Assembly: GCA_002633005.1 (NCBI GenBank)
Contig: NMRA01000082.1
Coordinates: 62,001 to 126,000 of the forward strand
Length of the DNA: 64,000 nucleotides
Direction of reading: 5' to 3'
Source of the DNA: Phoronis australis
Taxonomy: Eukaryota > Animalia > Phoronida
The notes below the pieces were generated by a model, which saw only the letters and a program-made list of their open reading frames with translations, was not told the origin of the DNA and did no database searches. Of the stretch, positions 1 to 12,300 are shown piece after piece. Positions within the stretch are counted from its first letter, which is position 1; each line of letters opens with the position of its first letter. The position numbers and the translations under genes were made by a program.

Positions 1-1060
1 AACGACAAAAAAAATCTGATTGAGCCCGTTTTTGTAGTTGGGAGTTTGAGGGAAAATGGAATTTCGTTGATATGGTAATCATAATATTTTCAATTTTTTT
101 AAACATACGTTAAATAGTTTCACTAGTTACGTGTTGATTTATTGTGTGGTACAAGGTAAGCAGGTATAAACACTTACTTTATGGTATGGTTCATCATTAT
201 TTTGTTTTTGTGGTTGTAGACTTATTTCCGGATAGTGCACCGCAATATTCTCTTCGCGGGGTTTTTATAATATCACTTTCTGGTGGTGATTGTATCTTGG
301 TGGTATGTAAGTGTTCGTTCGAACTGGAACTCAAGGAGCTCTACCCCGGCAACTCTACAACAGATAAGGTGAGGAGCAATATTGTGAACGTCTGGAGCTT
401 TCTCCCATGTAAACAAGACAGCGACGTTCATTCAGAAGTTTGCTGGCGATTTGGCGTCCAAAAAGACCGTCTACTTCCTTCGTTCTTTAGTGAACGCAAG
501 TCCTGTTTGTTTTATTAGCGTCTTTGGTGACTCTTTACTACCATTTTATCAGTCATAGCCTTAGATTTTCTACATAATATATTTAAAAGCTAAGCCCATA
601 ATTAGGCCAAAATAGTTAGGGTCTTAGCCCTTGCGTTAGCAGGTTTGTATGAAAAGATCCTTAAGTATTTTCAATAATATGGAGAATCCCATGAAGACTT
701 CACTCTCAAATTGTTTCAAAGTTAAAAACTGGCTTAATAGTGACACTCGAATAGCATAGGAAAGGACAATCAATGTTTTCTCAAGCCCACAAACGGTGTA
801 CATATAGGGAACTTNTAAGCAAAATAGTTTAAGTAAACACAATTAATGCCAAGTGGCCGGATATTTATAAAGAACTTGAACTAAACTATAAACATATACA
901 ATTGCTTTACAAAAGGTACCCCCATTGATTACATGTATGTTAGTTTGTGATCACCTTTAAAGCAGAGTAAAGGTAAGGTGTGCCTTCACTGGTCGAGGCA
1001 TCTGCTAAATATCTACCGTCGTCACTCATTTCATGAGGACTCGTCTGCAACGCCTCTTAC

Positions 1061-1272
1061 CTTTAGGACTCGAGGATCACTGCGAATTGTATTTGGAATG
1101 GAACCAATTTCTGCCTCTCCTGTATGGTCAACGTTGGTGGATTGGTAGTTTCGCGCCGGGTTCTTTTCGCCACCCCATAATTGATTTCCAGCAACAGAGG
1201 CCACTACCAACACAACCCAGCACGTGACCCAGGGTATGAACTTTACCAAACGTGAAGTCTGCTTATGAGCAT
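1061..1272 (-). CDS. Putative coding exon 2 of an unidentified minus-strand gene; encodes an N-terminal signal peptide or signal anchor
   Basis: Minus-strand acceptor ctttgttgcAG (AG at 1274-1273) and donor AAG|GTAAGA (GT at 1060-1059). The 212 nt are open from phase 1 to phase 0: (D/Y)AHKQTSRLVKFIPWVTCWVVLVVASVAGNQLWGGEKNPARNYQSTNVDHTGEAEIGSIPNTIRSDPRVLK. No downstream exon identified with confidence. Confidence 0.5.
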
Positions 1273-1863
1273 CTGCAACAAAGAATACGTATAAAATATG
1301 TTTCCTAGTGGTGTTGCTTGGGCCCTTGTAAAACGATCCTGCAAAATGTAAGAATGTATTTTTGATATTCCCTACGTATTTGCATTATAGGCGAATTAGT
1401 GATAACATTATGAAAGAACATTTTAATGAGTAAACAATCATAAAAACCATTTTAATCAAGGCCACAGGCACAGTTTTCTAATTTCCAATATTTAAATTTA
1501 CTAATCCCAGTAAGTTCCGAAGCGTTTTCTTAAGTCTGTGAGAGTTTTTATGTTCTTGTTGGAAACAAAATCAAGTACTGTTACTGTAAGGAATATGATG
1601 AGACCGCTTTAATGGGATTTTGTTTAATACATTTTATTTGTTTTTTGACAGCTAAATAGCTACTGAGGAAATGCACTTGATAGAGAGGAACGTTCCAAAG
1701 GCCGTAGATGCGAGAAAGTTGCAAAAAAACGTGCAATCAAAATAACGCGCACATGTTAAACACCTCCGATGGATAATTTTACACTACTGAAATTGCCGAG
1801 GTTTCAGTTCCCGGATGAAACCAGGCATTGCACCACCAAAAGGGCTTATTTCTTTGCTACACT

Positions 1864-2440
1864 TTATTTTTTTTTTTCTAAAGTGATATATATTTATTGA
1901 AGAATACACAGAACATACAAAGAAATAATAACAAACCCAGAAACCGCGAAGCATTATATCTGGGTTGTAAACAATAAATGAAACTAATATACATAAAGGT
2001 ATATACGATTAAGTAGTATCTAATATAAGTATTCCAGTATTTAGATATGCTATTACAAATGTCTAAAAACAAAAATATGTACAGATTCATGTATGTAAAT
2101 CAGATGCAACATTATTGATAAACGGTACATAAAAATTTACTAACGTTGCTTAGGAGGAATTCGTTGAGAACGAGGTCAAGGTTAGGACTACCATTCAATA
2201 ATAATGTAACTCTAGTAAAGATATTATTACAAGACTTGAGAGCGTTAACAATTGATTGGTTTTCATTGAGTGCACGAAAGAGTGAGTCTCTCAGGTATTC
2301 GATGAGGGGACATTTGAAGAAAATATGAGCATAAGATTGATGGTCACCACATTTACAGTTTGAAGACATTGCTGAAGTTGTGCCTGAATTTGAGTTGAGG
2401 AAAAGGCAACATCTGGATTTGTACAATGAGTGAGGAGGAG
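1864..2440 (-). mobile_element. Decayed 3' end of a non-LTR retrotransposon (CCHC zinc knuckle, 3' UTR, A-rich end)
   Basis: Minus-strand translation contains CKCGDHQSYAHIFFKCP (LINE ORF2 C-terminal CCHC-type motif). A-rich tract at 1864-1877 on the minus strand. A second diverged copy lies at 3877-4310. Confidence 0.65.
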
Positions 2441-2786
2441 AAGAACAAGAAGTTAGAAGGTGACAAATAAGACCACCAAAAGAAAAAGAAGAAAAACAAA
2501 GCAAAATTTCTGCTAATAGACGTAAATCCGGTAAAGAATAAAGCTTCAAATTCTTCTGTGTAGCTGATCGCTTTAAATTCCTCTTGACCGTAAGTTGGTA
2601 GAAAAATCACAAAGGAAACACGGACTTTAAAATACGGTTAAATTCACGTCTGTCGTTGTATCGTGCACGCTTGCATTCATTTGGTGAACTGTGTACAGTA
2701 ACTTACACATTCTCTAGGCATTAAAAATTTTTACAGAGTTAACAGGCCATTTCTCAATGTACTCGTCTAGACACTTTTTATCTTAC

Positions 2787-2808
2787 CGGTACTTTTTACA
2801 TTCTTCAT
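2787..2808 (-). CDS. Putative first coding exon (MKNVKST) of the minus-strand gene
   Basis: ATG AAG AAT GTA AAA AGT ACC G|GTAAGA on the minus strand. Phase 1 matches the 1272 acceptor, and the exon lies next to the CpG-rich block at 2810-3010. An alternative phase-1 start ATG T|GTAAGT lies at 2710-2707. Confidence 0.4.
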
Positions 2809-2809
2809 C

Positions 2810-3010
2810 ACTTTGGCGCACTTTTCAACGTTTTTTTGGGCCTTTTGAATCAACGTTTAGTTTTAAAAAATTTGTCACTTGAAAAAGCGTCACGATTGCT
2901 TCGAAGCACTTCGCGTGATTGTGCTACTGAGCGACGCGCTCGCGGAAAGCGATTTTTTTTTTTGGCGAGCGCTCTTTAAGATGCATTGCTAACGAAACCA
3001 AGATGGTGGA
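2810..3010. promoter_or_regulatory. CpG-rich putative promoter, possibly bidirectional
   Basis: Local cluster of CG dinucleotides (cgcgtga, gcgacgcgctcgcgg) in AT-rich DNA, directly upstream of the minus-strand ATG at 2808; YY1-like caagatgg at about 2999. Confidence 0.35.
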
Positions 3011-3876
3011 CAAGTATAGTGTTTTCTTTTCGTATGTATATTTTTATTGAGATTTCAGGAATTATACTTTTAGATGTTTAAATTGTTGAATTATTTTTTC
3101 TCATGTTTTACACCACTGTATTACGTGCAACTCCAAGAAGTCCTATATTACGAAGTAAATTACCTTTCGTCGGTTTCAGTCGTATATTTTGTAACATTTT
3201 GCGAGTGAGTGAGCTGTTAACTCTAGATCGACAGCCTTACTATTTGTTGCCTTGATATTTTGCTGAAATTTCCCAGAGGTTTTGCTTATGTCGTTACAAA
3301 TATTACGAATATTTATGACATAAATTATTTTGAATTATTGGCGTCCTGTTTGATTTGTAGTTTCATGTTTAAAAACACTATTTACGCTTCATTTTTGTTA
3401 AAGACTTCATGAAACGGACGTTTACGCAAATACTATTATTCGAAACCTAAGCCCAAATAATAGTCTTTCGACATGGCATCGAACATTTTCAGAATCAACT
3501 GAATTTAATTCAGATTTTTAAGCTTAATTTTTGTGTGGTGCACTAAGAAATAAATGGATGCCGGACTAAGTGTCAATCGAAGATTCGAGTGTCGAATATG
3601 AACTTGGAGTTGCGGTTAATCTCAAGTTCGTATATGGGCCTACGTGAACTTGGAATGCCCGAGAAAACGTGGGTTCTTCACTCAAATAATCACATTCACG
3701 CTACTATAATTCGTTAACGGGTGAAGTAAGTGCTCGTGGAACCAATAATTACAAAAATTCTGTGCATTGAACAAATTATTCACCTGATTGTTTAATGTGT
3801 ATTTAATCATAAGCTCACGCATATGCGATCTTCAGATTAAGTTGCCTGGCTACGTACTACTGAAGTCGATTCATTG

Positions 3877-4310
3877 ACAAACCCAGAAATCGCGAAGCAT
3901 TATATCTGGGTTATAGACAATTCATAAATGAAACTATTATAGATAGAGGTATATACATTTAAGTAGTATCTAATATAGGTATTCCAATATTTAGATATGC
4001 TGTTACGAATATATTTTAAAACAAAAACATTTACAAATTCATGTATGGAAATCAGAAGCAACAATATTTATAAACGGTACATAAAAGTTTACTAACATGG
4101 CTTAGGAGGAATTCATTGAGAACAAGGCCAAGGTTAGGACTACCATTCAATAATAACAATGTAAGTTAAGCGGGGATATTATTACAAGAATTGAGAGCTT
4201 TAACAATTGACTGCACGAAAGAGTGAGTCTCTCAGGTATTCGATGAAGGGGCATTTGAAGAAAACATGAGGATAAGATTGATGGTCACCGCATTTACAGT
4301 TTGGAGAGAC
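3877..4310 (-). mobile_element. Second copy of the decayed LINE 3' end seen at about 1931-2360
   Basis: Colinear similarity, e.g. acaaacccagaaa(c/t)cgcgaagcattatatctgggtt and gagtgagtctctcaggtattcgatga are present in both copies. Confidence 0.7.
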
Positions 4311-5511
4311 ATTACTAAAATTTTGGCTAAACTTGTCGGATTTCAGGAAGAGACCACAGTTATTGATTCTTTATCAGGGAGAACTGTAAAGTAATGGCTT
4401 TCACTTTTCTCGTTGACATGTATACGTCGTTTCCCGAAACAACCCCTGTTTGATGCTTCAGGCCTGATCGGTTTGGATTTCTTACCGCCATTGTATTGGT
4501 TCTTCATTGGAGGTTTTATATAACGGATTGTTTATGTTAATAAAATGGTGACATTTCAAAGGCGCCTTATAAGGAAATTCATTTTTAAGACTGCTGTCTT
4601 CCTTTTGTGATGACTTTAACGAAAGCAATGCCTAAACAGTGTCTTCCTCTTGTGTAGGATCATTTCTGCTGCTCATGTGAACAACCATGTCTGCCTGTCC
4701 TTGTCTGCCTGAGTCTATGTTTATGATTAAATATTACTACTGTTGACTTGAACTCTATAACTGAATATTTTGTCATGTCCCAACCAAATCCAATGCCAAC
4801 TTACGCGTTTAATTGTCAATTCTAATTGAGTGACCTTTCTGCATTGGAAAAAAGACACTTTTATGGTGGAAAGTTTTGGTGAAGACTAGACTCTGAAGTC
4901 AGTTGATGCCATCCTTGGCTAAGCACATACATGTATATGTGTGCACACTCCCGACATATGCGAAACATTCAGTGAACAATGAGAGAGACAAAGATGAGCT
5001 CGTGTGTGTTGTCTGATTAATTAAGTTATTTAACAAGTCTACGAACGCGCGTTCCGTCAAAGAAATTGACTAGTAATCTATCCCACATATCTAATACAAA
5101 ACTATGTTTCGTAGACGCAAGGGTCTCACTAAGGATAACTGTGGATAACTCGCAAAGTATGCGTACATGTATTTATTGCGTGCTCTTGCTTTTTCGCGAG
5201 ATTCTCGCATCGTCTCTAGAGAACGCATGCCTCATCTCAGCTAGCTCTTAACTCGAGAGATGGTTTATGGGCTTGGAGAAACTGACAGCACTTTATTTAT
5301 TGGGACATTAGTCGGTGGTTAAACTCACCTGCAGTGACTAACACAATTATAAAACCTCGTCTCAAAGTTTCGGGTGCCCAAAATATCTTCAAGATTTGAA
5401 AATAATTAAGGGTACAACTTGGGACCAATTTCATAACCAGATGCATACTAAGGCTTGTTTATAGCCATGTCGGGTAGGGACAAGCAGACCCCTATAATGC
5501 TTCGCGTTTGT

Positions 5512-5634
5512 CATTGGTTAACAGTTAACAGGGAAACGATGAAAGGTATAAACCGTCAATGAATTACATGTGTGTGTGCACTCATAAATGACAGGGGTTT
5601 AAGTGGAAAACAGTAGAAACGTTAAACTTATTTG
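5512..5634 (+). promoter_or_regulatory. Putative core promoter and non-coding first exon of the ADP-ribosyl cyclase gene
   Basis: Reverse CCAAT (cattgg, about 5512), TATAAA at 5547-5552 and a strong donor TTG|GTAAGT (GT 5635). A matching acceptor ttttccAG (6156-6157) lies 41 nt before the ATG at 6199. Confidence 0.45.
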
Positions 5635-6198
5635 GTAAGTACTGTGTTGAATATCAGTGTTAAGAGGAAATGACAGTTTAGTGTGCATTTAATTATTTAA
5701 ATCTTATATGTGCTATGGACAGAGAAACTTATAATTTGTGAAGTAGTTTTATCACTAGGAATCAATAACTAATACTGGTTTTTAGATTCACGCAAGTGAG
5801 ACAATTTCTTTTTACTTAGCGAGCAGCCTCCTTGCTCTCAGTACACGATCTCGATGGTACAAGCGTTTGTTAGTTAGCATGACAAACATCATTCATTGAT
5901 AACCAGTGTAACGTGACGCTGTCTCTATTCTTATCAAGGGCACGTCTATCACGACTCACACAGACCTTTGAATTCGGACAGCGTGGTCTGTGTCTGGACT
6001 GAGTAAAGAAGGCTGTATTAACACGTGCTTACATCAAAGAAGTCCTTAACACGCGTTTAAAATGACATAGTGTACATCCGCGCTACATCGAATCCAATAT
6101 TGATCGGGGTATACACGGAACAAGCAGTTAAGTCCGAGGAGATCATAGATTTTCCAGGAAATCTTAAACGGGTGTACGTTCGATATGAAGAGGACGTC

Positions 6199-6383
6199 AT
6201 GCAGCTCCTTTATATATTAGCGTCTTTCTTTGGATTTTTTCGTCAAGTTGCAACCGAATTGCATGTCTCGCGGCCACATTTGGAACTGAAGTACACGGGA
6301 AAAGGGACGACTCCTCATCTCAAGGAGATATTTCTCGGAAGATGTTGGGAATTTCAGATTATTATTCACCCGATCGCTGAGAA
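6199..6383 (+). CDS. ADP-ribosyl cyclase coding exon 1
   Basis: MQLLYILASFFGFFRQVATELHVSRPHLELKYTGKGTTPHLKEIFLGRCWEFQIIIHPIAE; donor AA|GTAAGC. Confidence 0.88.
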
Positions 6384-9300
6384 GTAAGCTATGTACTGGT
6401 AGTTCATTAGAAATTCAAGGTCACAAGGGAAGGGGAATTCGTAACTACACCGTCTTATTTACACGAGTAAGGGGCAGCCAGGCTGAATCAGAATACATCC
6501 CTGGTAGGTCTAGGTCATCTCATGAAATTAGGTTATCAGGAAACCAGGGTAAGTGTTTCGCAATCTAGTATTTTGTCATCAGTGACAATCGTAAATACCA
6601 GTTCACTCACAGGATATCTATTGAACGCCGTTGTTCGTCTTGGCGTAAAAACTAACCGCATCTTTGTTTTCACACGCGCGTTCTTATAGCGTGTTCCAAT
6701 TGAATTTTGTTACAGAAATTATGTGGAATTCCATGACAGGCATACTGTTTGGAAACTGAAACTAACGTGCTTTGATAAGCAATTTAGTATGCCAGTTTGA
6801 TGTCCATTTCAAAGTCGTATTTTGGGAGAAAAGGGTTTAAAAAAGAACCCCTGAAGCTGACTGGAACCCGGAACCTTTCCTTTCGCAGTCAGATATTCTA
6901 CTGACACAATTAATCACTGTTTGAAGTTTATATTCAAAGGTCAACGACCTTGATTTCAATAAAAGTGCAGACAGGGGCGATAACTGACTGTTTGTAACAA
7001 AACCAGTTTTGTTTTGTAGCCTGGTTAAAGCTAGACTTCAATAAGTCTTCGTTTTTTTCTATTTTCCAAACAATCATTTATTGGCTCACGTGGTCATGTC
7101 TTCTCAGTAAAATTCAACAAAAAAAATCATTTTTCAAATTTCGTTTCATAGAACGCTTGAAGATGAAATCTAAAAACGGTGTTACAGTTTTCTAATTCAT
7201 CAATCGTTTTCGTTTTATCATGTAAATCTCAGAAGTCCTATTTTAATAACATCCAAAATTGGGTCATTCGAAGGGCAATGCTTATCGGTCTTATGTCCAT
7301 GTGAGGGTCATTAGCTATAGTTTTGTGACACGCCGTACGTGGGTCTAACCACGAAACCTATCGGTCACGAGATTTGGCCAAGTTATACCGTGCAGGAAGG
7401 CTAATAATTCTTACTTTTACCCAATGCGCTGGTTCATAACAACGTAACTACTAAAAGCGTGCTTGAAGAAGAGTGCATATATTATAGTGTTTGGAAGTTT
7501 AATGGGATTTCCCTCAACTCTATTTGGGATGTTTCGTTAAGAATATAGCCGAAATTTCGACATTTTTCAAGGATCCTGCATCAGATGAATGGAATATCGC
7601 TGATTTGTTAATTTGGCATTACGCGTAACCATGTGCTAATGAGCCTTTACCACATTCTTAGAAAAATGACACCTCTGCTGGTGGAATCGTTGCCACTATA
7701 GGGCCTGATGAATGCAAACAAAATGTTTCGTAGTTAGCACGTGACACTTTGCATGCACTATTCTAACCATGTCTTTTAGTAAAACTAAGTCTTTTGGAAA
7801 AACTGGTTAAACGTGTGTATTTTGCTCGAATTATTAACTCTTTGGGTTATTTAGAAAAATCAATTAGGTTCAAGTGAAGTTTTCTTTTTGTCATACAAAC
7901 CTTTTGAATCCCCTCATTAGACAAAGTGGTGTCTGCGAGTTTTGTGCTACCAGCGGAATGAGCTGCAATGGAGACAAATGTGAAGCTCTCTTCTGTACTC
8001 TGGACAATCGCCTCAGTGTTGATGATTTCCCTTGCCCTACCTACGATGGGAAGTTGATTGCTACATCTGACCACATGCGTCACTTGGGTGTAGAACTTGA
8101 CCGCAGGCTCAACTTCACAACTCAAGTTAACAGTATGATCAGCCGTGCTAACAGAGGAATCAATGCCCTTAGGGCTGCGGCTGGTCGGAAGGCGGAGGAA
8201 AGGCACCTCGTCATGCTTTATAAAGCCCTGGTCACTTCGATCTTCGACTACGCTCTCCCCATGATCAACATCAGTAAAAATCAAATCAACAGACTTGAGA
8301 GGCTCCAGAACATTGGTCTTCGCGTCATCACTGGATGTACGAGAACTACGTCAGTCACAGCATTACGTTACCTTGTCGGTATTCCCAGCATTGCAGACAG
8401 ACAATCCCTTCTACAAGGTATTACTGTAGCCAAGGCTGTTCAAAGCCCCTTCCATCCATTACACAGTCAAGTGAAGACTGCACTTGACAGGTGCGTGAAC
8501 TCCGTCCCTGCAACAGAAACTTATGGACTTCGTCCTAGACCTTTTCGCAATGCCTCCCACCAAAGACTTAGCAGGTGCTCGTGGACTGTCGCTGCTGTTA
8601 ACGCAACCATGGGTCTCATCGGCGAACACATGATCGCGCAAGTTGCTGCTTGGCTGCCAGTACAAGAACTTGGTGAGGAACCGAATGTCATCATTGCTTT
8701 CAACAGGGAAGCTCGGGAATGGCCTCCTGGAGTAGCCCAAGCATTGTGCCGTCAGCAATGGCGTGATCTTGGCGGTATTAATGCCATCATTGTAGCAACT
8801 GATGGATCCTTCGATGGTGAAACTAATCGTGCGGGATGGGGCTATCAAATACGCTGTGCTAACAACGTCATTGCAGAAGGTAGTGGCTGCCACCATATAT
8901 CCACAAGCAGTACGCGGATGGAGTTTGAGGCTATACAACGAGCCCTAACCAAGCTGTCACTCCTAGACCTGGAGAATCACACCATTATCTTTGCCACCGA
9001 TTCCATGGCAGTGTTGATGAAAGTTCAATCTGGAAACCTCCCAGCCAACTGGGGTGTCTTCCGATCACGCCACCCTCATCATGTGGTGATCTGGTCTTTC
9101 GTACCTGGCCACGCCGGTGTCTTGATTAATGAGCGTGCAGATTACCTCGCTGGCTCATGCACCACCAACCAACCCCTCTACTTATATTCGGCTGACGTTA
9201 AGCTGCTGGCTCGCAAACGCAACCTCGAGCAGACTGCATCCCAGCTGGCTGAGTTCAATGATGGCAGCCGACTGCTCGAAGCCGGTATTATTTATGGCCA

Positions 9301-12300
9301 TGCTGCGAAGAGTCACAAGAAGAGCCGTGCCCGAGTGCTGTCTAATCAAATACTTACAGGCAACGTCAGCCCTGGAGTTCTGCGCCTTCTGCTGTCACGG
9401 GGGTGGTCTGGGGAGGGGATTAATGCACCAGCATATCCCCAATGATCCTGTCCGTGACAGGTATTACAGGTATATTACAGGACAAAGTGGTGCGAGTTGT
9501 TTTTCTAATATTGCGCACGCATACATGTATCAGCTCGTGTAACGCAGATGATCGGTTGGGCTTCAATACAATTTACATCTAAACCGTTTCAGACACGAAT
9601 GTCAACACCTATGGGAGCTCTTCTTCAATGCCTTTGCCTTTCAAGACCCATGTCAAGTTAGTTCAGAGAAGTACCATTCGTTCATTGAAGAAATATACGA
9701 GCCGATGCCTGAGAACAAGGTAATTAAGACGAGAAGATCCATCAGACATTATTGTGAAGGAATGAACACAAGCATTTTTAAGTTTATTTGGAATAACAAA
9801 GATGAGAGAGTGAAAAGAGATGTGTTAATTAAAACTTATTAAGAAGGGGGGAGTTAAAATGTTGAATATAATTCTTTTTAACATTGCTATAAAAATTCCA
9901 TAGATAAAAAAGACTACTTACCTCTAAATTCAAAAAGATCTCGAATATATCTACACACTTTTTGGAATATTGTTCTCTGGTTGAGTCTATTATGTCGTTT
10001 CTGAGGAGAACATCATTACAAATCCAGTCAATTGCATTTGTAATGGTGTTTCACTTTGTAATGGTGTTTCACTTTGTAATGGTGTTTCACTTTGTGAATG
10101 GTAGAAAGTACATACATCAGAGTCCATCAAGTTAATTTTTTAAGAAAAAAGTTCGTTACAAGTATTCTATGTAATAGTTTAAACTGCAGTGTACAAAAAT
10201 TGAAATCATAGTTAGTTTTATATAAAAATGAATATAATTTTTCCAGTCATCACTTCGAAAGTTATAACCTTCTTCTTGAAATCTTTTTGGGCAATAGGCA
10301 ATTTTTTCTGGCAAACAATTTCATATACCATTTTATATATTGACGTGCAGTTTGAAGAATTACTGATATTGACAGGTATTATTGGTCCAGACCAGAAACG
10401 ATACACTCTGTATATAAATGAAATGCAATTGAATTATACAATCTTCACTTCAAAAGCATTTGGCTTATAGAAGTAGTCGTGCAAAGCATTAGCTCTTTGG
10501 AATACCTCAAGCTGACTCTATTTCGTGGTGACATGTCAAACACCAGCTACATTGCTGTTCATTATGCCTATACATGGCCGTCTTTTAAAACCATTGTTTG
10601 CAGTTAAGTCATGAAAATATGGTGATAATTAAGCGGAAGTCGGTGGTTTGAAAATAGATTGTGACTTTTCTCCCAATTGTATTTCTCTTTAGTTTCAATT
10701 TGTGCCAACTGAGCCTCCTCACTAATGATCGTAACTGGTAGAGTTTTAATACGCAATACCTTTTCGTTTTCGCTCCCATTTTGGTTTAGAAAAACACTTC
10801 TGCTTAATTCCCCAACATATGATTTTCTAGACTATTCCAAAAGGTTTCCATCTGCCTCAAAGTACTAAAACTAATTCTGCAAACATCACAGATTGTTTAA
10901 AGGCATCTTAAACTCGCTTTATATCAGGAAAATCTATTCTGAATGAAGTCCTTTAACTGGCTTCAACTGGGTCTTTGGTAAGATTAGAAATTTTTTCTGA
11001 GCTTTAAACGACCTGACATGTCATTATTCCTCAAGGAGGCGCTTCTTGGACAGGACGCGGGTACGCCACCACCTTAAACAAAGTACTTATTGTTTCACAG
11101 ACGATGCTGTGGTCAGGAACTTACATGCTGGTGAAGTCATACACCGAGGAAGGACGCCGCTACGTGGCGCTCGCCGATACAATGCTAGGTTACATGGTAG
11201 ATGGCGCTGTTTGGTGCGGTTCTGACGAGTCTCCAGGTTACAACAGCAGGAACTGTCCCAAACCGTTCTCAGGAGAATGTGGCACCAAACAAATCGTCTA
11301 TGACGAGGCCTATTGGGGAGCCGTGTCTGAAATAGTGAGTAACAGTGTTTTCCACAAACAATATACATGTATGCTGAACCGTTCTACATGTATTTTACAT
11401 TGTTCAGCTTTCTGAAAACAAAAATAGAACTAGAGCTTTTAACGCAACATTAACTATACGTTCGCCTTTATTTTTAAGTTAGCCATCTTGGCAAAAGGTT
11501 TTTATAATTGAACACAATGAGACTGTTTTGTTGTTCATAACCCGCGAATAATGCAAAGACATTGTTAAATTTTCACAAGAATTTTCCACACTAAATCTTT
11601 AATTTTTCCTGAATTGTGGATTCCTGATTTTACGTCTTATATCAGCGATCAGTACATGTACTTTTGGGATACGTACATGTAGGCCTTCATTTATACGCAG
11701 ATATTCTCCGTTTACTCTATAAGGTAGCCAAAACGTCATCCGGTGTTGTTACTTTGATGCTAAATGGAACTCGACGTGACGGACAGCCCGCCTTCTCCAA
11801 TAAAACGTGAGTCAAATGTAAAATCTTCAACTGGGTTTCGCTATACTCACATGCTGTTCTGGCATAGCAGTTATACAACTGCAGTTGTACGTTTAATATC
11901 ATCAAACTGTACTAAGAGACAATCGGAAAATTTACCAATTGCGCAACACAATTCGACTAAATTTTAAAATCTCACCCGGTGCTGTGAACTGAATCTCCAG
12001 TAAAGTCTGTTGATCCAGTGAGGCTAGTGGCGACTAGCACAAATGAATAATCAATGAAGTGTAGAAGAATGTGAGTGTTCGCCACTGTCGTCTACACGAA
12101 CAGTTTAATTTCCATCTTTTTGATAATTACTTGTATCCTCGATCGTATTTCCAAGATAAACATTTTTAGATTGCCTTTAGTTCGTTGCTCTTGTTACACT
12201 ATCACCAAGGTACATGTATTAAAGTGCTAAGTTGTTCTCGTTAAGTGGTTACATCAGTGGCGGACTTAGGGGGGCAAGGGGGCCATACTCCATTTGGCAG

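Noticed and set aside
144-518. 124-aa plus-strand ORF, and a possible minus-strand third exon (354-178)
   Set aside because: No recognisable motifs and a GTG start; the minus-strand segment has stops in all frames from the best acceptor.
7874-7931. First 19 codons of the 523-aa ORF as a real N-terminus
   Set aside because: They lie in host intron sequence and the TSD; the element is 5'-truncated and lacks the endonuclease and the RT catalytic YADD region, so it is not an autonomous gene.
10720-11000. Possible minus-strand L1/Tx1 remnant
   Set aside because: Only faint motif resemblance; too decayed to support without an alignment.
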